Shown here: one piece after another, positions 11,467 to 24,375 of the stretch
How positions within the stretch are numbered: position 1 is the stretch's first letter
Layout of the letters: every line of letters begins with the position of its first letter
NCBI GenBank assembly: GCA_904063045.1
Contig: CAJFCJ010000005.1
Span: 3,749,689 to 3,813,688, forward strand
From: Dimorphilus gyrociliatus
Lineage: Eukaryota; Animalia; Annelida
Direction of reading: 5' to 3'
DNA length: 64,000 nt
Notes under the pieces: model-generated
The model's input: the letters and a program-made list of their open reading frames with translations, nothing else
What the model was told of the DNA's origin: nothing
Databases searched by the model: none
Program-made: the position numbers and the translations under genes

Positions 11467-12609
11467 ACAGATAAACTGGTAAGTAACAAACTCAGAAGGA
11501 GAGAGAGAGAGAGAGAAAGAAAGAGAAAAAAAATGAGATAGTTTCTTTCTAAACCAATTAAATGGATTAAGTGAAACTGCATCCTTTATTTCCTTCATTC
11601 TTCTTTCTATTATTATAAAAATCACTATACAATCTTAGCAAGTAGTATAGTCTTTGATTCATCGTACTGTATTTATATACTATAATCGTTTTTTGTTATA
11701 CAGGTTTTGATGGCTGATATTTTCGATAATAGTTTTCTGCTCATTTAAAAAACAAATCGCTTTTTATTGGAATTTTTAACAACAAACATTTTAAGAAGAG
11801 ATAATAAAGAAGAAAGAATAATTAAAATAACACAACAATCTTCTTTATTTCTATATTTTTTTCTTTTGTTCTTATTTTTCTTTTCCCTGTTTTTAAAAAT
11901 TTTTATTTTGCTAAAAACTTTCTAAAAAGAAGAGAAATTCAAACAAAAAAATTACGATTAGAGGTAAAAAAAATCAAATTGTTTGGGTGGAAGGAGAGTA
12001 CGATGGAGAGCTAAGCATGGATTAGAGATAGAGCGAAACAGACAAATTGATAGATAGAGAAAAGAACGAAAAGAAATGCATAAAACAACGAAAGTAATAT
12101 TAAATAAATTCAATGGGAAAGTATCAAACGGACAACTAGGAAAGGAAAAGAAAATATTACGAATGTTTTTGGTTGGAAGGAAAAAAAAAGGGAAATTGAT
12201 TTTTTTTATAAAAAAAAAGAAACCAAAATTTTTGACAGAAATAAAAAAGAAAAGGAGAATAAAACGACGGGCAAAAAAAGTTCATAAAATGTTGTTTTAA
12301 ATAAAAATATTATAATATATTAATAAACTTGTATCAACGAGATTTTTCACTGCATATACTGATTTTGTTATGACAGTTATTTTCGTATATAAAATATGCA
12401 TATATTTCATAAATGTAATTCTATACATAATAATAATAATAATAATATATATGCAGTATGTATATATGTGTATGCTTTTATGCGCATACCACTAGGTACT
12501 GTATATATAGACGTTTATACAGCATTCGTACTGTGTATAGAAATATGTCTATACAATCGTTATTTCTACATAATTTTTGTATGTATACATTTATCTATAT
12601 ATATAGATA

Positions 12610-12640
<31 letters not shown>

Positions 12641-13920
12641 GATATTTACATGTATTGTATACACAAATTACTTGCTCTCTTTGTACTAAGCTCGTATTAT
12701 CCAAGATTCTCATGTTGTACAAGATGAAAAATCATAAGAGAATACAGTAGTAATTTTCAGCTAGGCAATACTTTTATACCAAAAACAAAGGAAGCAGGAG
12801 AAGGTATACATGTTTAAGATTATATAGAAAATATGTTCTTCCCTTTGAAATTAAAAAATTGAAACTCTGAGAGAGAGAGAGAGAGAGGTATGCAAAATCA
12901 AAGAGCAGAAGAAAAGGAATAAAAAAAATTAAGAGAAATGATAGAAAGATAGATTAAGAGAATATAAATGAGAATTATTCTCTATATCGACTAGTGGACA
13001 TTATGTACAGAATATTGTTTATTTTAGCATTTAATAAATATATACAATGTAAATTATGATCTAATCCTAAATTAATAGCTTCTTCCTATCTATTCTTTAT
13101 CCTCCTACATATTTTCCTTTTTATAATCCGGTTTTGTTTATCATCTAATCTTGTCCGAAATGAATTTGGTACTTTAGGATACTTTACAATATATATGTAA
13201 ATATATAGTATATACGTGTTTTCGCGCGCTATTTAGACGCTTTCAATGAGAGGTTTATAAACAATATGCCAAGTATATGAAACGCGTGTATTAGATACAA
13301 ATTTATAAACTATATCTGCCATATAGCATATCCTATATTCCATATGCCATTTATCCATATACAGTATATATACTGTATATAAATACAATAACGTTTGATA
13401 GTACTATACTCCCTTTTATTGGAAAGTTTGTTAAATCTTAACCGCGAAAGATTATCTACTTTATATACAGTATATACTGTATATGTAACTGCGGGATATG
13501 TAAACTTAACTATATGAGTTGAAAGAGCATACATTCTCAATAGGGTTATCTGTTTATTACTGGAATATGCGGTGCGTAAACTGTATATTGATATTAAATA
13601 TCCTTAATATACTGATCTAAAAACTACGAGAATAATATCTATATATTTTGTTTTATTCTTGTTATTATTGATAACTAATAGCGAGTTTTAAATGTGCATT
13701 ATACAATATATATATATACTGTATATAGATGTTCTTCTATTTCAATGAGTATAACAAGCGTTATAGAGAATTATTTTGCTGCTGTAAATATTGTTTTATT
13801 TTGCAGTTTAGGCCAAGATCTTTCTCTCGTTTAAGATTTATATTTATAGGCTATTGACGTAACATTTAGTATTTTTCTAACATAAAAACATAAACAAGAT
13901 GAAAAAGTGATTTATACAAT

Positions 13921-15113
13921 TTACGCTTGAGTATTCGCATGCGTCTGTGATGGCTTATACTGGATTTCCTCGATCTTGTAACCTTTTGGCGATGGCCACT
14001 TGGCAGAACCAATTAACCAATATGTGATAATTTCTTCTGATCCTTGTATTTGCGTGGACTCTCTTTCCTGGAATTGAAAGCCTCCAGCCAAGGTGAGAAG
14101 GTCGAATGTTGATGATGAAATGTGGATACATTGAGCTGTTAAAAAAACGGGCACTTACGAAAAATGTGGGCTATTTAAAACCGCTGGCGAATAGATAACT
14201 AGATATTTGATATTCGTTCCTCCGTCTGACGTTATCGTTAATTATAAACAAGAGAGCAGGCGGTGTTAAGGGGTCAATATTGAAATGTTTGGAAAAGCCT
14301 TATCTGACCACATTTTTTTACTTTAACCTACAACCTCTTCATATCACTTACGTAATCCCTTCGATTCCATTAAATTAGCTCTATTGACCGTTTTCCCGAA
14401 TAGACAATATCTCGGCATTTTCAGTCCAACAACGCCAGCTACCACAGGGCCACTATTCATCCCTATTCTTAATTTTAGCGTCGAATTGTCCAGATGCCAA
14501 ACGGACAATGTGCCAACTGAATGTAATAAATCTAAAGCCATATTAGCTATCTCTTTAGCGTGAGAATAACCGTTTCTCCTAGGAACGCCTGATGCAACCA
14601 TATAGGCGTCACCTGAAATAGTAAGAAATAAGCTAATGAATTAGACATTTTATTGATGAGTTGAGTGGAAAGAAGCCTTTCGCCGCTAACCTATAGTTTC
14701 TACTTTATAGACGTCATAGTTATCCGTCTTCTCATCGAATAATTTGTACAACATGTTAAGCATATCAACAACTTCAAGAGGAGTAGATCTGGCAGAAATA
14801 TCAGTGAAGCCAACTATATCGGAGAAATAGACCGTAGCTGATTCAAAATGTTCAGGCTCAATTTCCTCGCTCGATAAGAGTCTTTCGGCTATTGATCCGG
14901 GTAATATCTATATATTGTATAATAATGAATAGCCCAATTAAGAGAGAATGATGGAGAAAAATTGTCTTAATATTGAATTGACTTTTTAACCTTTTGTAAC
15001 CTCTACATCCAATCTAATTTCTTTTACTTACCCTTAATAAAAGGAACTTGGTCTTTTGCTTCTCATCTTGAAGTTCATCTGTCTGCTCTTTTAGGCTGGT
15101 AAAACATTAAATA

Positions 15114-15146
<33 letters not shown>

Positions 15147-16471
15147 TACAGTATACTGAACTACTAAGAGACGAAAGAGGTTAAAGGAAGGGAAAGGGGA
15201 GAGTAATATACAAAGACGGGAACATAGAAGGATAGATAATTAAATAAAATACATGAAACCTACCTTAGAGCAAAATTCTGAAGACCGGTTGTTAATTTAA
15301 GTATTGAATAGATAGTTATAGGAATCACAGATAGTACAATAACTATTAAGGACGTATAAGCTATCAAATTCTGTTTGGTTGTTACGAGTGTCTGCTCCAA
15401 CCAGATTGTTATATTATTTGTTAGTTCATCTTCAATTATTTTAAGTATATTTATATATGATGTTATATTACTTATCCATATATTCCCTCTTTGAACTGAT
15501 GGCGGTACTCTAATATTACGCTTTATCTCGTTTCTTAAATTTGTAAGGTCAATCTCTAGTTGACTATTCGTGTAATATTTATTAATTAATGTATTTATTC
15601 CTTCGGAATAGATTCCAGCTTTTTTCAAGTAGGAAATTCCCTCGGATTTTGTATCTACATACCAAACTAGATCCGACTGAGGCATGTAACCTCTGCCGAA
15701 GAATGTACTTCCGATTGCTCTTTCTTTACCAGTCATTTCTTTACCATGTATTAATAAATGGAAAGCGACTAAATCATTCCATTGTGGTAAATTTTTTGCA
15801 ATAATTATACCATCAACTAGAATTTGAATGAGTGCTTTATTTGCCTCCGAAAAGAATGTAATTTGTTCGTTTACCGGAGACGTTTTACCGTCCAAATTAC
15901 GTCTATTTTCTTTAATGTATTCGTGTAAACTTTGTCTTGAATCCAAATATCTCGGAGAACTGGCTGTTTTTCTCCATCCTTTAACATTAGTTAGAGCTTC
16001 GTCAGTTTCAACATATTTGAAACGAGATAAGTCTTCAAAAACTTCTGGAGATCCCTTAGAACTAACAAATAGGGCAGTACTGCCTCTCTCCTTTTGAAGT
16101 GCGTGTATAACTCCACTTATCTGAACGCTAAATGATATTGAATCTTTCACAGATACAGTTAAATTATATAAAACAAGTGCATTAACCACGGCTATTATTG
16201 ATTCAATCAATAAGATAACAATCGGGACACAGCACACTATAAGAATCTTTCCAAATTCCTTATTTCTGTTCCACTTTGTTTTAATTGCTTGACGATTAAA
16301 ATCTTCAGTCAACTCCTTTCCTTTAGTAGGAGTTTTCATACTTTTAGTATTAAACGGTGGTGAAATAGAATTTGAGGTGTGGTTACTTGCTGCAAGCTTA
16401 TCAGCTTCGATAGATGGAATAGAAGAGATTTTACTTACTGGAACGACTTTTCTTGTTGATTTTGAAGCCAT
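13921..16471 (-). CDS. NIT-domain membrane guanylyl cyclase A (TM-NIT-TM-coiled coil-cyclase; about 654 aa; degenerate active site); exons 16471-15264, 15095-15032, 14907-14691, 14612-14352, 14135-13921
   Basis: NIT-type motifs [18 protein letters not shown] and [12 protein letters not shown] between two hydrophobic helices; class III cyclase motifs [36 protein letters not shown]; no kinase-homology domain. Junctions are phase-consistent (1965 nt). Confidence 0.88.
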
Positions 16472-17206
16472 TTCGACTATTTTTATTAAAAAATAAAATT
16501 TCTTCTATATTCCTGTTTGGCAAAGTATGCAAAATATGCTTTTACAATTTGAACTAAAAGAGAGCTTTTTGCTATCTTCTCTGTAATTAAAGGTGAATTT
16601 ATATATACAATATATACTGGTTAATTGCTATCTACATAGATATAAATTCCCTCTCTTTCGTATTCCTTTACCTATAATTTTATCCCGTTTTCGTTCCTTA
16701 TATACTTTTGATACACTTACAGAAAAGAGAAGGTAGCGCTAGAGTGTAAATTAAACATCTTATGAATATTAATTATTATAATTATTTTGTCATTTTCTAA
16801 CGTAATCATAATGATTAATGAATATTAGGATATTCCGGGATATGAATTTTTCTTTTTTCTCTAATTTAGATTTATTAATATTCACATAATGTAAAACATT
16901 ACACATACAAGTACACAAACACATATACATTGTATATATGTATATATATGTATATATGTGTATAGGTATACTAGTAAACTAATATTAAATCATTACTAAT
17001 GAATATACTGTATTACAAACCACACATCTTCTATTAAAATAGTTGGAATACGAAAAATATATGGTAGATAAGGATAACATACAAGAAATTAAAGAATGAT
17101 ATTTGATGTGGTCGTAGTAGTAGAAGTAGAGTCGTAGTTGTGGTGGTGGTGATGATGGTAATAATTATATCAATATTTATTCATTCTTTTTTAACTGCTT
17201 TCAAAG

Positions 17207-18345
17207 TCACGTTTGAGTTGAAGCGCTCTTGAATTTTTCATCCTGCAAGTCGAGATATAACTCTCTTCTAACTGGAAAAAGGTTAGAACCCAATAGCCAA
17301 AATGTGCACATGCTACCTTTTCCTTTGATTTCTATAATACCACGTTCAGCAATTTGAAAGCCACCCAAAGCTCTGAGGCAGTCACACGTAGCAGATGACA
17401 TTTGAATTCGTAGAGCTATCGTTTGAAAAGTCGAAAAAAGAGTAATTTTAATTAATTTTCAAGCTTATTTTAGATTTGTTGACATTTTTTTAACCTATGA
17501 TTTGACACGTTCTCTACTTTTCATTGATATGACATCAAATATCCACTTTTAGATAAAAAGAGTTAAAGACAAAAGTGAATTGTTACTAACGAAGTGATGT
17601 TGATTCCATTCTTGATGCAGTATTAACGCTATCGCCGAATAAACAATATCTTGGCATTTTCAATCCTAAAATGGGACGGAAAAGTAATAGAATATATATA
17701 CTGATAGGGAGAGAGAGAGGAAAAGAAAGAGAGGCAACTGTTACTTATTTATCTAATTACAATCAATTTTCTTATTAAGATATCAATTTAAGTAGAGAAA
17801 AGAAAGATAAATAGAAAGACAGAAAGAAAGGGAAAAAGATAGAGAATCTATTAATTAAAAATATCTTTATAATTATACAACTTACCTACAACACCAGCAA
17901 CAACGGTACCTTAAATGAAACAAAATTATGACCTTATTTTTTTCCTACTATTATGTAATATTACCAGAATTCAGGCCTATTCTGAGAAGCAATCCCTGTT
18001 CGCTGAGATGCGGAACTTTTAATTGTGGTATGGAATTTATTAAATCTAAAGCCATGTTTGCAATTTCTGAAGCATGTTGTATGCCATTTCGTTTAGGAAC
18101 ACCTGATGCAACCATATATGCATCTCCTGATTACGATGTTTTTGGACAAGAATTCAATGAAAACAAGAGAAATCGAATTATAACTTTGTAGATATGTTTG
18201 TTTTTACAATATAGTATCTATATACAGTATATATAATTGTGTTATCTTTTATACCTATAGTTTCAACTTTGTAGACATCGTATAGATCGGTCTTGTCGTC
18301 GAATAGATTGTATAAATTATTCAACATCGTAACAATCTAGTTAAA

Positions 18346-18381
<36 letters not shown>

Positions 18382-20552
18382 TTTTGCAATATATACAGTA
18401 TTATTATGAATATAAAATGATCAAATATTTTTAATTCAAACCTGAATTGGTGTTGATTTGGAAGATATTTCAGTAAATCCAACAATATCTGAAAAATAGA
18501 CTGTTGCTGATTCGTAGACTTCTGGTTCTATTTTTTCACATAATAAAAGTTTTTCAGCTATACTTTCAGGTAGCATCTGTAATAAGAAATAGAATAAGAA
18601 AGGAAACGAGTTAATATACAGATTATTTGTGTATGTAAGAACAGATAGCAACAAAGTTAAGCAATTGAGGGGGAAGAGAGAGAGAGAGAGAGAGAGAGAA
18701 ACAACAAGAAAAAGGAATGCAAGGAAAGATAAGCTTTAGCTATTAAAAAAACTAACTAATCTCGTTTAATTATTAATATCGATATTATTTTGTTTTATTA
18801 TTCTATACTCTTTCTTACCCGTTACTCTTATCTGTAACAAGATCACTGTCACCTCTCCTCTCTCTCTCTCCCTCTTTTACTCCTTTGTATCTCTTTCTAT
18901 TTTAATATTTATTTTAGTAGAAAGAGAAAGAAAGAGGATTGAAAATTAGGAGAATAATCGAAGGAAAATACTAAAAAAACACGGGGTTTAATAGTCATTA
19001 TAATTTATTTTTGGTGAAATTACCCTTAGTAGCAGGTACTTTGATTTTTGTTTTTCATCTTTTAACTCTTCTGTTTGTTCACGTAATCTAAGTAGAAAGA
19101 AAACAATAAAAATAACTTTAATCTTGCCAACTAAACAACGTTTATATTTGATTAATAACAATTAAGATTAGGATGTAGAGTTTTATTGATAAGAGAAATA
19201 AAGTAATATTACCCAACAGCGAAAGCGTGTATCCCGGAAGTTAGTCTATGCAGAAAATATATAATAATAGGAGATAAAAGTAAAACTAGGCCCATTAATG
19301 TTGAGTAAATTGCTAAAGTGTATTGTGAAGATTTTAACTGGCTGTTCAAATCAAGTTTTATTTTCAAAGCAAGATCGTCTTCAATTTCTTTTAACAGATT
19401 AATATATAGAGTCATGTTCTCGAACCACCATTTAGCCATTTGTACTGATTTATTTATTGGTCTATTTAACCCAATATCTGTTCTCATTTTGGACAATGTT
19501 CGGCTTAGAGATGTATTACTGAATCTGCCTTTCAAAGCAATTGTTACATCACTCGAATAAAGTTTCGCCTGAGAAAGATAAGATAGGCCATTCGATTTCC
19601 TTTCTAGATACTTTATAAGATTTGTTTGAGAGAATGAACCTGATGAAAAACACAAAACGAGAGATGCTAAAAAACGAAGTTGTATGACTTCGATATTAAC
19701 GAAATAATTTTGTAAAGTATACAATTTTTGAACTTATTAAAGCTTACCTGAAGTAAAATACGTGCTACCAAATGCTCTTTCAATTCCACCTAATTCCTTA
19801 CTTACAATCAGCATGTGAAAGGCAACGAGTACTTTCCACATATTTCCATTCTTACTGTTTTGAATAGTTTTTGACAAAAGAAGTATAAGATTCGAATTAA
19901 TATCAGTATAAAAGTCAAGTTCTCCTTGAATTGTCGAATTTTTAAAATTCAAATTTTCTCTATGATTTTTTATATAGGTGAGTAGAGATAATTTTGAATT
20001 CATATAATCAACACTGGAATAGTCTGGCCAGAATGGTAAATTTTTAATAGCCATATCGGTTAAAGGATATTTAAGACTCTCAAGCGATAGCTTAACAGTT
20101 TCGTCTCCTCCACTGCTTATGTACAAGACCGTTGTACCTCTTTCAATTTGTATGTTATGTACAACTTTACTTGATTGAATTGTAAATTCAATTGAAGATA
20201 GAATATTTTTAATCTGAATATAACTATCAGATATTTGAGATAGTGAAACAGCATTATATACTAGAAGAACAACCACTGGAATGAACGCAACTGTTATTAT
20301 TTTGGCGAGTTGCTTAAATCTTCCTCTCGAAGTAAAAGGATCATCCGAAATAAAATAGTCGAGAAATCTTCGAATACAACTTGCTTTAATTGTGACCATT
20401 TGTTCTTCCAAGTTACTGCGTTCCGATCTGATGGATGACACGTATAATGAACTGTGAAGTCCATTTGAGACGATACCTGATTCCCTTCTCCTAGTCGAAG
20501 AGGCTGATTCACTTATTGCTTTTTCCACGGACCGCCTAATCGAAAGATCCAT
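17207..20552 (-). CDS. NIT-domain membrane guanylyl cyclase B (about 660 aa; intact active site); exons 20552-19748, 19639-19213, 19087-19024, 18576-18442, 18336-18255, 18126-17965, 17909-17886, 17665-17591, 17415-17207
   Basis: NIT motifs [12 protein letters not shown] and [12 protein letters not shown]; two TM helices; cyclase motifs [51 protein letters not shown]. Junctions are phase-consistent (1983 nt). Confidence 0.9.
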
Positions 20553-21555
20553 GATGTCACGACCAATTTATGAAAAATCAAGATCAACCAAGAGCGTCAC
20601 GTTAGCTGACTATATTTGAGGAAAGATTAAGCGTCGTCTACTAAGGTGGCGCTCAAGGAGCAGAAGTAATCATTTCTAATACCTATTATTAAAAAAAGAA
20701 AAAACAAGAGTAATTCTACTAAACTAAAACAAACAAATATTCTCGGATTTCTCTTTGGATATTTATTAAATTTATAATTATTTCTTAAATATCAGTATAT
20801 ATAGTTTTATGATAATTTCAAAAAAAACAGGGGGAGCTCTTTCTGGGACAAAGGGGTTTTATCTCTGTTGAAAAAAAGACCTTTAATCTCTTCCCTTTTT
20901 TTGTTTCTTTTAATGTAAGTGGAGTAGCTTCCTATTGTCTTTTTCATTGAAATATCTAATTTGACTCCCCATTCACGATTTTGCAGTATATATATATGTA
21001 TGTTTTCAATAATTAATTTGTTATCTCTTATATTATAGCTCAAACAAAGTTAATACTCAAAATGACAGAAAAGTTCATAATAACTAATCTTTTAATAAAA
21101 TTTTTATAATGATACTAATTAACATAATCTAAAAGAAAGTAAGGAGAGAGATAAGGTAAGGAAGCTCAGTAGGTATATGGACAGAAAGTATAAAGTAATC
21201 CATGAGTATGTCTGCGATGTTTTTAATAAGGAGTAAAAGAGCAAAAGAGAGAAAAGAGGGACAAATATAGAGAGTAAGAAGAATCTTTTTTTTTGCACTG
21301 GTATTAATACATTTCTATATGTAAAAATTTTTTACAAGTACAATTTTTTATATATTTCATTTTATCTCTTTACGTTGTTCATGTTCAAAAGCCTATGCCT
21401 TAATAATATCTTCTTCGAAATAGCAATAATGATAGAGATAAAGGGAAAGAAGAAAGTATAAAGTACAAAATAATAATAATAATAATAAATATAAATAAGT
21501 ATGTAACTAGTAAATAATAGGAGAAACAAGTATAGATTAATAGATTAGTATATAT

Positions 21556-21595
<40 letters not shown>

Positions 21596-24375
21596 TATAT
21601 ACAGTATAATCATTATCTCTAATTCAATATTATCAAAATACCAAAACCAAACGGTAATTTTTTATTTTTGACTAAACAGCCTTTTAGTTTTAACTAAACA
21701 TTGCAAATTTCGTACCAGAAACAGGAACAGATCTTGCACCTGATAATTCTTTCCTTGCTCTCTCCTTTTCTCTTTCTTTCTCGCCCTCTCTCTCTCTCTT
21801 TCTCTTTCTCTTTCCCTGCTATCATTATAATGTTATGATATATAATTAGATAATTGGTATTGTTATTGGTATTGTTGACGCTAATGATTCTGAAAGAAGC
21901 AAATATAATTATGTATAGTATTTTTATCGACAATTTTCATTTGTGTAAAAGTTAGTTGGGTAAAATTTAACTGAGTGAGAAATTAAAAACGTCTGAGGCC
22001 TAAAATAGAAGGAAACATCTAAGATCAGGGACACGATATTAGAAAAAGGATCTACAGATGTGGAGTTTCCTTTTATACTGAAGTATAGACTAGAAAAGAT
22101 ACGACGAATATAGACAATAGAAAAAATATGATTATGGTATAGTCACGATCAAAGACTCTTCCTTTTCCGAATATATATTCAAAGTATAATCAAAAATTCT
22201 GATAAATTAAAGCTAACTATATTACGATGAAATAATTACATCGTTAAATATTAATAATAAGCTTAATAAGTATAAATATACTATTAATAATCTCATCTTT
22301 GGTTATATACAAACATATATATATATATATATATATATTAGTATATATTTATATCTACTTATATGTAAATTATGAAGTGAGAACAAGACTATTATACGCT
22401 CTACTTTCCTTAAGATAATATTTTTCTAGGTTGTTTAAAGGAAAATTTATGTATATATATATATATTATATAGACTTGCTTATGTAAAAAAAAAAGTCTA
22501 AAAGGTGTTTCGAGTTGACTATAACTCTCTATACTCAATTAAAAAAAAGAGTTAATAGTATAAGCTGCTTACGTACACACTAGTAGGTATATTACGCAGT
22601 GTATATATACAGTATTTGTACATATATATACCTCTCCTAAAAGAGCACGTTAGTTACGTGATCATAAGGTGCAAAAAGATTATAAAACGAAAATTATTTA
22701 CTTCTCTTGATCTAGAAACTTATCTTCTTAACTACCCACCAATAACTCTTGCTCTTTTTTCTCTTTGTTTCACCCTCGTTCTCTCGCTTTTCGCTCTTTC
22801 GCTTTCTCTTTTTCTCTTTTTCTCTTTTTCTTTTTTTCTTTCTTTCTCTCTTCTCTCTCTTCTCTCACTAATTGGCAAGTTTGAACTTTCTTTCAACAAC
22901 CAAAAGTTGGTTCCCAGTGCTAGGCAATTATATTAGCCTCTCTTCTAAGGCATAAATAAGAGCTTATTGATTACAGTAGCATAACGATTAATTATGGCAT
23001 ATTTATTGAAACACTGCAAAGGAGTTTGAGAACTGTTTTAATAAGTTTCGCAGAAAGGAAAAATTATTGAAAAAATTGAAGGTACTTCTTATACTATATG
23101 ATGCGAGAGAGATGGGGGAAAAAAACTCATCGCCAGCAGATTAGGCTAGGCAGAAGCGGCTTAATACGAAGGTCCCTAGCGAAATAAACCTTCAAGCGTT
23201 TTCTCTAAGGGTCATCAATGCCGTCATTTTCCTGAGTGGGTATCAGTTGTCTAAAAAGAAAAAAAAATGGAAAGGAAAGAGGCTAGAGAGGCGGGAGGAA
23301 GAAAGAAGGACAGGGAGGAAAATAGTAAAAAAAAAAAGAAAGTTTGAAGGTGTCTTATTCAAAAAAGAATATGAAAAGCTTATGTGAACGGTTATTTAAA
23401 GTTACATGTATTTATTTCTCTAATGATATTAATTGTGTCATGCTACCTTCTTCTCTTCCTTTTTGATAAAACTTTTTCCGTTTTGTGCGTAATTTTCTTC
23501 TTTAAAAAGTAAGACTCCTTGGAGAGAAAAAAGACGCACAAAATATTTAATACTAGTTAAATTAGGGGAAAATTTAGAAAAACTATTTCCTTTAATTTGC
23601 GTTAGATCTATGAATATAGCTCCTTTGCCATTTTTTTACTTATTTTACGTTCTCTTATTTTTACTTTTCAATATCCCTGAAAGCCAAAGGAGATGTTAAT
23701 CTACTTTTTTAAACTTCCATCAACACCTGACGAACTTCTCTCTTAGGGCCGAATAAATTTAGTTAATAAAGCTTAAAAGCTATATGCTTCCGCCCCAGCC
23801 AATTGGTCGCAGGCAAACAACCAAAAATTCTACTGGCTCTTAGAACACTTCCCCCTTATGACCTGACCCTTAGCTCTAAAAAATCTTTCCAATTTGTCAT
23901 GGAACGACGACTGGGGTTGGGTTCATTATATACAAACTGGATTTATCGAGATTTGCAGCGATATTTAACAATCGATATTCGTTACATGAAGAGAAGAATA
24001 AAAAGAAGAATAAAATAACAAAGACCGAATCGAAGAAGCAAAAGCAGACCAAGAAGAAGAAGAAGAAGAAGAAGAAGAGATAAACGAAAGAAATAAAATA
24101 GTTTAGATATACATACCAAACATACGTATGTAATACTAAATATATAAATAAAAAAAAGAGATTATCCGTTATCTTATCATTTCGTCTGTTAGCCTTTTTC
24201 TTGTTCTATTTTTTAATGGAAAATACATTCCTTAAGGTGCAATTAGAGCAACTATAACAAAAGATGAACAATTTTTTTCTTTTTCATAAAGATTATGTTA
24301 AAGGTCAAAAGAATATTAAGTGATAAGGAGTTTTATATTCATTTATCAATTTTATAGAAGATTTTCTTTTTTTTT

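Noticed and set aside
12076-12300. Lys-rich ORF
   Set aside because: Product of an A-rich low-complexity tract.
22296-22306. 11-nt identity to the 5' end of miR-9 (TCTTTGGTTAT)
   Set aside because: The rest of the mature sequence does not match and there is no hairpin partner.
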